In this document: positions 62,626 to 64,000 of the stretch, in pieces
Layout of the letters: every line of letters starts with the position of its first letter
How positions within the stretch are numbered: the stretch's first letter is position 1
Assembly (NCBI RefSeq): GCF_006345805.1
Contig: NC_043003.1
Span: 89,838,001 to 89,902,000 of the forward strand
Direction: 5' to 3'
DNA: 64,000 bases
Source: Octopus sinensis
Lineage: Eukaryota
Notes under the pieces: model-generated
The model's input: the letters and a program-made list of their open reading frames with translations, nothing else
The model's database searches: none
Told to the model about the DNA's origin: nothing
Position numbers and translations under genes: made by a program

Positions 62626-62724
62626 GTAGAAATGTATCTTAAATCACTGCCAGTTAAAAAAGAATTCTTAGTAAGCTTATTTGTTTCACTTTCAGAGAAA
62701 CTAAAACTTTCTGAGATTTTAGAG

Positions 62725-63479
62725 CAGTTTTTCTCAACCAGGGTCCTTATGACCCTGGTGAGGGTTCATATAAGATTTTGTTGGTAAAATCCATGTGTAA
62801 TAAATTGATTATACTTCTAGAATATGCAAAATATTTTAACAATTTTTTATATAGTTACTAATATTTAATTATAAAACTGTAAAGAGAACTGGTTGATTCT
62901 TTACACCTTTTGGGTGCAACTTGGGTGCAACACAATTTCTTTTCTTTTTGTTTCCAGAAACTACCAGTCAGGAACCAAATGCAACTTTAAAAATATATAT
63001 GATTCTTTATTCTCTTAATTACAAATGAAGCACGTTGGTATATTGGTATCCACTTGGTTCAATATAGCAAGGCTGAATTTTATCATTTGTAAGATTCTTA
63101 CAACAAATTCAGCAGCAACAGAGCAGGTCAAATCCTAAGCATCTGGGACAGGAGAATGGCTGATCACACGTGTAAAAATACGTCCTTTCTCTTCAATAGC
63201 CGTGTCTCAAGTCAACGACGCTAACAATCCCCAGTCTCTAGCGCATGTGCATGAGGGAACTTCCTTATGCCTTTCCAGAAGGTTCCAGCCCCGCACACGC
63301 ACACTGAAGAATGACGTTCCGCACACGCATACTGAAGAATGACGTTGCGTGTGCGCACACTGGAAAATGACATCACTACAAAACTATAAGATTTTTTAAA
63401 TATCGAATGGCTATGAGGGTTCACCTGAGTAAAATAGGAATCAAAGGGGTGCATAGGTGAAAATGGTTGGAAGACACTG
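62725..63479. mobile_element. hAT (Buster/Charlie-type) MITE
   Basis: TIRs CAGTTTTTCTCAACC / GGTTGGAAGACACTG; perfect 8-bp TSD TTTTAGAG (62717-62724, 63480-63487). Confidence 0.88.
62878..63380 (-). mobile_element. Solo LTR (Gypsy-like, 4-bp TSD) nested in the hAT MITE
   Basis: TGTA...TACA termini, AAAC on both sides, AATAAA on the minus strand near 63005, CpG-rich U3-like repeats. Confidence 0.8.
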
Positions 63480-63839
63480 TTTTAGAGTATAGAAGCATTT
63501 TTAACCCTTTACCAATTCAAAGCATTTTCATGAGTTTATCCTAAATGTCCATGCTTGTTTTCTGACTTTTAGCTTGCTCTGTGCAATATGTTGTTTTCCC
63601 TTCGTAAGTCCCAAGTTACTCTGGTTGTTGAAAAAAAACTGAGAATGTGTATCATATGATGCATGGACACCATGGAAATATTTTTGTGTACCATGTGTGA
63701 TATGCAGGGCAGGCAAGAGTGAAACAAAAATGTACCTGTGAAATTGATTTATGCCCCTGACATTATGTCCTTTATTAAATAATAAGAGCTCTGTTACTTT
63801 TATGAATCCATGTAAAAAGAGAAAGTAAAATGCTTTATA

Positions 63840-64000
63840 TACTAACAGGCAAAATGCTTAGCAGTATTTCGTCTGTCTTTACATTCTGAGTTCAAATTTC
63901 ATTGAGTCGACTTTGCCTTTCATCCTTTTGGGGCTGATGAATTAAGTACCAGTTGTGTACTAGGGTTGATCTAATCGACTGGACCCCTCTCCAAAAATTT
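63840..64000 (+). mobile_element. Family-B SINE (runs off window end)
   Basis: GAGTTCAAATTTC...GTCGACTTTGCCTTTCATCCTTTTGGGG...TAAGTACCAG. Confidence 0.85.

Overview
AT-rich, microsatellite-dense eukaryotic DNA, almost entirely intronic or intergenic. The SINE, RTE and MITE families resemble those of octopus genomes (inference from recalled repeat sequences, not a search). I recognise no intact protein-coding gene; a few short + strand exon candidates are supported only by splice signals. Most of the window is a layered transposon record: a decayed Buster-type hAT transposon, an R4/Dong-type and several RTE and CR1-like LINE fragments, a decayed Rep/helicase Helitron plus non-autonomous Helitrons, piggyBac-, hAT- and Merlin-like MITEs, a solo LTR, many tRNA-derived SINEs, a decayed 28S rRNA-derived insertion, and a 100-N assembly gap. 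The most striking signal is absent from the ORF track: eight type-I hammerhead ribozyme motifs from at least five unrelated sequence families, each with a palindromic helix III. Two lie exactly 360 nt apart in an ORF-less tandem repeat and carry a compensatory U3-A8 core with an extended helix I, a retrozyme-like candidate for self-processing small circular RNA. All structures were paired by eye; no folding or database search was run.
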